The notes under the pieces: generated by a model
The model's input: the letters and a program-made list of their open reading frames with translations, nothing else
The model's database searches: none
What the model was told of the DNA's origin: nothing
From: Candidatus Thorarchaeota archaeon
Lineage (GTDB): Archaea; Asgardarchaeota; Thorarchaeia; Thorarchaeales; Thorarchaeaceae
Assembly (NCBI GenBank): GCA_963726195.1
Contig: CAVSBO010000004.1
Span: 192,001 to 256,000, forward strand
Length of the DNA: 64,000 bases
Direction: 5' to 3'
Translations under genes and position numbers: made by a program
Shown: one piece after another, positions 62,053-64,000 of the stretch
How positions within the stretch are numbered: the first letter of the stretch is position 1
Layout: each line of letters starts with the position of its first letter

Positions 62053-63110
62053 CAGTCAGGATTGAGCTTTGGGGTCTTCGAAAGGAGTTCAAAGATGGCA
62101 CACGTGTCGGTCCAATCGATCTGACTGTTGAGAAGGGCGAACTCCTGACTCTCCTCGGACCAAGTGGGTCGGGAAAAACCACCACCCTAAGGATGGTTGC
62201 AGGGTTCATACGCCCGCAGTCAGGCACCTTAACATTCAACGGACAAGATATGATTGACGTTCCGCCTCGGGAACGAGGAATCGGGATGGTCTTCCAGTCC
62301 ATAGCATTGTTTCCTCACATGGATGTCTTCCAAAACATTGCATTTGGTCTGGAAATGGAGCACTGGAATCGTTCCCAGGTTGTCGAACGGGTTGAGGAGT
62401 TGTCTAGGATGCTGGGTATTCACGGGCTTCTAGGTCGACCAATTAGTGAAGTAAGCGGGGGCGAGGCTCAACGCGTAGCACTTGCGAGAGCTCTGGCCAG
62501 AAAGCCTCAGGTGCTACTTCTCGATGAACCTCTTTCCTCACTGGATCCCCAGTTAAGAGATTACTTAGAGATGGAAATCCGAAGGGTGCAGAGAAGCCTA
62601 GGCATTACAGCTCTCTATGTCACACATAATCAGGCCGAAGCTTTTGCCATATCCGACAAAGTAGCTGTCATGAATGACGGGCTAGTAGTCCAAGCGGGGA
62701 CGCCTGAGGATCTGTATGAGAGTCCGAATAGCGAATTCGTTGCTAGATTCGTCGGAAGTGGCAACGTCTTTTCTGGAGTCGTGGAGGAGGCACGCAGTCA
62801 CTCAGTTCTGGTTCGGACCAACGACTATCTGTTCGAAGTGAACGGCCACAGAGAAAAGGGTTCTCGGATTTGTTTCTCAGTCAGACCTGAGGACATTACA
62901 ATAGAGCTTGCTGACTCTGACAGGGATGCCCCAGCGACATTGATGTCGATCACTCCCCAAGTGGGATCGAATAGGGTTGTTCTCGACTTCGAAGGGAATC
63001 AGGTCATTGGCATTCTAACCGACGGCGCAGTCGTGGCTCAGCTGCGGAGGAATCCTGCCTCAAGGGTCTGGTTCGGATTTCGTCCTGAATCTGCAGTGCT
63101 CATAGGATGA
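62049..63110 (+). CDS. thiQ: ABC transporter ATP-binding protein with C-terminal TOBE region
   Basis: GPSGSGKTT, VSGGEAQR, LLLDEP; ATGA overlap with the permease stop. Confidence 0.88.
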   Translation: MTVRIELWGLRKEFKDGTRVGPIDLTVEKGELLTLLGPSGSGKTTTLRMVAGFIRPQSGTLTFNGQDMIDVPPRERGIGMVFQSIALFPHMDVFQNIAFGLEMEHWNRSQVVERVEELSRMLGIHGLLGRPISEVSGGEAQRVALARALARKPQVLLLDEPLSSLDPQLRDYLEMEIRRVQRSLGITALYVTHNQAEAFAISDKVAVMNDGLVVQAGTPEDLYESPNSEFVARFVGSGNVFSGVVEEARSHSVLVRTNDYLFEVNGHREKGSRICFSVRPEDITIELADSDRDAPATLMSITPQVGSNRVVLDFEGNQVIGILTDGAVVAQLRRNPASRVWFGFRPESAVLIG

Positions 63111-63424
63111 GACCTCTTTATCCTTGCAGAATCAGGTAGCTCGGGCTTCTCACAGTCAATCTCGATTGCCACTTCAGTGTAGGGTCATTCTGGACGAGGG
63201 TCCAATGGCATAGCTTTTGGCACTCAATCTGGGTCCGAGTTGACGTGGAAGTCCGGGTATCTAACACAATAACAGTGATATAGCACCAAGCCACTTATCG
63301 ATGACATTGAGCAGGCTGAGGTACGCTTGGGTTGCTTGCCTGCCAAGCCATGAACCGCTAGGAAATGTGGACGATGGCACAGGAACCTAGAGCCAGTGTT
63401 ACAATGAATCCGTAGTGATTGGCA

Positions 63425-64000
63425 ATGGTAAAGGGGTACGAAGTTTCAGAGGATGGCACCCTTCGAGAAGTCGAACTCAGCAAGGCTGGACTTGATTCGG
63501 CCAAGGTAGTCTGCGTGGTCGACGACGAGACCAAGAGCATCTACCTTTGGAAAGGAAGCCGAGCTGATATCAGGCGTAAGTTTGTGGGGGCTAGGATAGC
63601 CACTAATCTTAGAACTGAGTACGGATTCAACTTCAAAGTCCGTCCTGTAGAGGAAGGTGAGGAGCCGCCGAGCTTCTTCACAGCACTCGATGGATCAACC
63701 ACGGCAGTACCTGTCATGAAACCTGGTGAAGCTGCACCTCCTCAGAAACCCCCGACTCCAAAGGCTAAGGCTGAAACACGCAAGGCTGAGCCAGAGCCTG
63801 CGAGAGCGCCTTCAGCACCTGCAGCGTCGCCTCCGAGACCGCCCGTGTCTGCAGGAACATCAAAGTCGAGCGCATCATCTGCGGCTGTGAGTGAAGACGA
63901 GATTCAAGGTATGCTTGAGGAGCTCGAAAAACAACCGCCACCTGAAGGATACAACAGAGAGCTCTTGATTGTCAATAACCAGCTCTACACCATTGCGCAG
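63425..64000 (+). CDS. Asgard gelsolin-domain protein (single gelsolin domain, Pro/Ala linker, second domain); 3'-truncated by window edge
   Basis: Open frame from ATG 63425 to the window end: LDSAKVVCVVDDETKSIYLWKGSRADIRRKFVGARIA...VRPVEEGEEPPSFF, a Pro-rich linker, then PPPEGYNRELLIVNNQLY. Confidence 0.85.
   Translation, partial: MVKGYEVSEDGTLREVELSKAGLDSAKVVCVVDDETKSIYLWKGSRADIRRKFVGARIATNLRTEYGFNFKVRPVEEGEEPPSFFTALDGSTTAVPVMKPGEAAPPQKPPTPKAKAETRKAEPEPARAPSAPAASPPRPPVSAGTSKSSASSAAVSEDEIQGMLEELEKQPPPEGYNRELLIVNNQLYTIAQ

Noticed and set aside
1-64000. tRNA, rRNA, CRISPR arrays, integrases
   Set aside because: No T-loop/cloverleaf, rRNA-like tract, regularly spaced repeats or recombinase motifs seen by eye; a tRNAscan/Infernal run would be needed to exclude small RNAs.

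Overview
Gene-dense archaeal chromosomal segment, most consistent with an Asgard archaeon (Thorarchaeia-like). The archaeal core genes are thermosome, S17e, ATP-dependent DNA ligase, MetRS, the HMG-CoA synthase/thiolase/DUF35 operon and DpsL. The Asgard-type genes are a gelsolin-domain gene running off the right edge (absent from the supplied ORF track) and a large Ig-like surface protein with a cytoplasmic longin-like tail. I found no rRNA, tRNA, CRISPR array or transposase. About 12 loci, including the essential DNA ligase, are split by single-base frameshifts, which points to long-read consensus errors rather than decay; several sit in recurring sequence contexts. The best candidate for an undescribed system is a ~1,620-codon four-ATPase tandem UvrA whose two halves have complementary domain deletions. 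It is translationally coupled (ATGA overlap) to a cytoplasmic QW-repeat alpha/alpha-barrel protein, and there is no uvrB/uvrC in the window. Other notable items: a ubiquitin-like protein with a masked internal GG, an ATP-grasp/dual-specificity-phosphatase fusion, a tail-anchored Cys-cluster LURP/scramblase-like protein, a flippase with an ectodomain, an unannotated 48-aa ORF, and candidate ThiR and PerR/Fur operators. All family calls come from motif recognition by eye; no database search was run.
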